A stretch of 64,000 bases of DNA. Source: Klebsormidium nitens. Taxonomy: Eukaryota; Plantae; Klebsormidiophyceae. Of this stretch, positions 63,155 through 64,000 are shown piece by piece. The notes under the pieces are model-generated. The model was given only the letters and a program-made list of their open reading frames with translations. It ran no database searches and was not told the DNA's origin. Each line of letters opens with the position of its first letter. Position 1 is the stretch's first letter. Location of the stretch: contig DF236995.1 of the NCBI GenBank assembly GCA_000708835.1, positions 124,001-188,000 of the forward strand, given 5' to 3'. A program made the translations under genes and the position numbers.

Positions 63155-63715
63155 TCAAACCAAGCTACCTGTCCGGTTGCTTTGTCTTTGGAGAGCCCCT
63201 ACCTTGCCCCGCAACATTTCGAGCCTGCTTCTGACGCCCTGCAACCGCGCTGTTTCCTCTTCCGAGCAGCTCAGCGCTTCCAACTCCCTTATCGCGCTCT
63301 CGAGCTCAACCTCTACTGACTCCCCTTCTACCTCGCCGCCCGTGCCCAAAAGCGACCCCACCAGCCGCTCAGCGCTCAGCCCGTTGGGAACCTCTAAAGC
63401 TCCCCCGGTCGCAGGGGCGGACAAGCCCACGCCCTCGAGAAGCTTTAGCGTGCCCTTGAGGACCCGTTCCCCGGCCGCCGCCTCCGCTTTGCAGAGCTCG
63501 ATCAGGTGCCGAATCTCCTGCTTGGTGGCTTGCGCTTCGACGGGTTGTCTGACCGCGATGCTGACGTCCTCAACTACAAAGTCGGGTGACGTGGCAATCG
63601 TTCCGGGGCTCGGGGGGTTGACGACGAGTTTTAGCTGGAGGGCGAGGCCGCTGCCGGGGGCGGGGGACGTCGCGTCGGTGGTGGGTTTGAGCGCCTGGAG
63701 GCCTTCTATTCGGAC
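63155..63715 (-). CDS. Terminal exon (187 codons) of a gene extending past the window; resembles the C-terminus of plant chorein-N/UHRF1BP1(BLTP3)-like proteins
   Basis: TTTTCGCAG acceptor, then an open frame VRIEGLQALK...VEDVSIAVRQPVEAQATKQEIRHLIELCKAE..GTLKLLEG...coiled-coil...GSLV*. The family call rests on a remembered motif (PIEAVVTKEELQHLTFLCKSE) and is tentative. Confidence 0.6.
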   Translation of the reverse strand, partial: VRIEGLQALKPTTDATSPAPGSGLALQLKLVVNPPSPGTIATSPDFVVEDVSIAVRQPVEAQATKQEIRHLIELCKAEAAAGERVLKGTLKLLEGVGLSAPATGGALEVPNGLSAERLVGSLLGTGGEVEGESVEVELESAIRELEALSCSEEETARLQGVRSRLEMLRGKVGALQRQSNRTGSLV

Positions 63716-64000
63716 CTGCGAAAAGAGGTTAAGCTCCAGTCAGGTCATGATAAATAAGCGCAGGTTCCAAGCAGCCCGGGGAGACGCTCCGGTGGTGGGC
63801 TTGAGCGCCTGGAGGCCTTCTATCCGAACCTGAAGGATTGGGTTCTTGAGAAGTTAACTTTATTTGGGTAACCGCAGGTCTGATGAGAAGCATTTTAAGC
63901 GAGGTTTTGTGACGGCTTTTGGAACAGATTCAAGTGTGATCTGAATCTGCCGGCGCAATCAATGTAGAAATCAGTGAAGACGTCTCGGGGTGAAGCAAGC

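Noticed and set aside
63177-63833. 218-aa plus-strand ORF
   Set aside because: It is the antisense shadow of the minus-strand terminal exon.

Overview
Eukaryotic nuclear DNA with spliceosomal introns, about 50% GC overall and GC-richer coding exons. Plant-type SINAT, a MUR3-like GT47, a canonical 447-aa eEF1A and TTTAGGG-type motifs point to the green/streptophyte lineage; a Klebsormidium-like charophyte alga is my inference. Spliced genes I could reconstruct by hand: a GT47 exostosin/MUR3-like glycosyltransferase (-, plus two decayed downstream copies), RUVBL2 (+), a SIN1/Avo1-like TORC2 subunit with CRIM and PH domains (+), a HECT E3 ligase (-) head-to-head with an OTU deubiquitinase (+), a SINA/SINAT RING E3 with a GC-AG intron (-), eEF1A (+), and the last exon of a probable chorein-N/BLTP3-like gene (-). 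The 1-14 kb and 20-31 kb regions are accessory: degenerate ORFs, tandem repeats, palindrome-rich tracts and a probable non-autonomous TIR element. No rRNA, tRNA or CRISPR was found. The two strongest leads are (1) an intact SIN1 gene in a lineage generally described as lacking TORC2, and (2) recurrent diverged copies of exon edges plus their splice sites inside the neighbouring introns of four different genes. All exon coordinates and homology calls were made by eye and from remembered family motifs; no searches were run.
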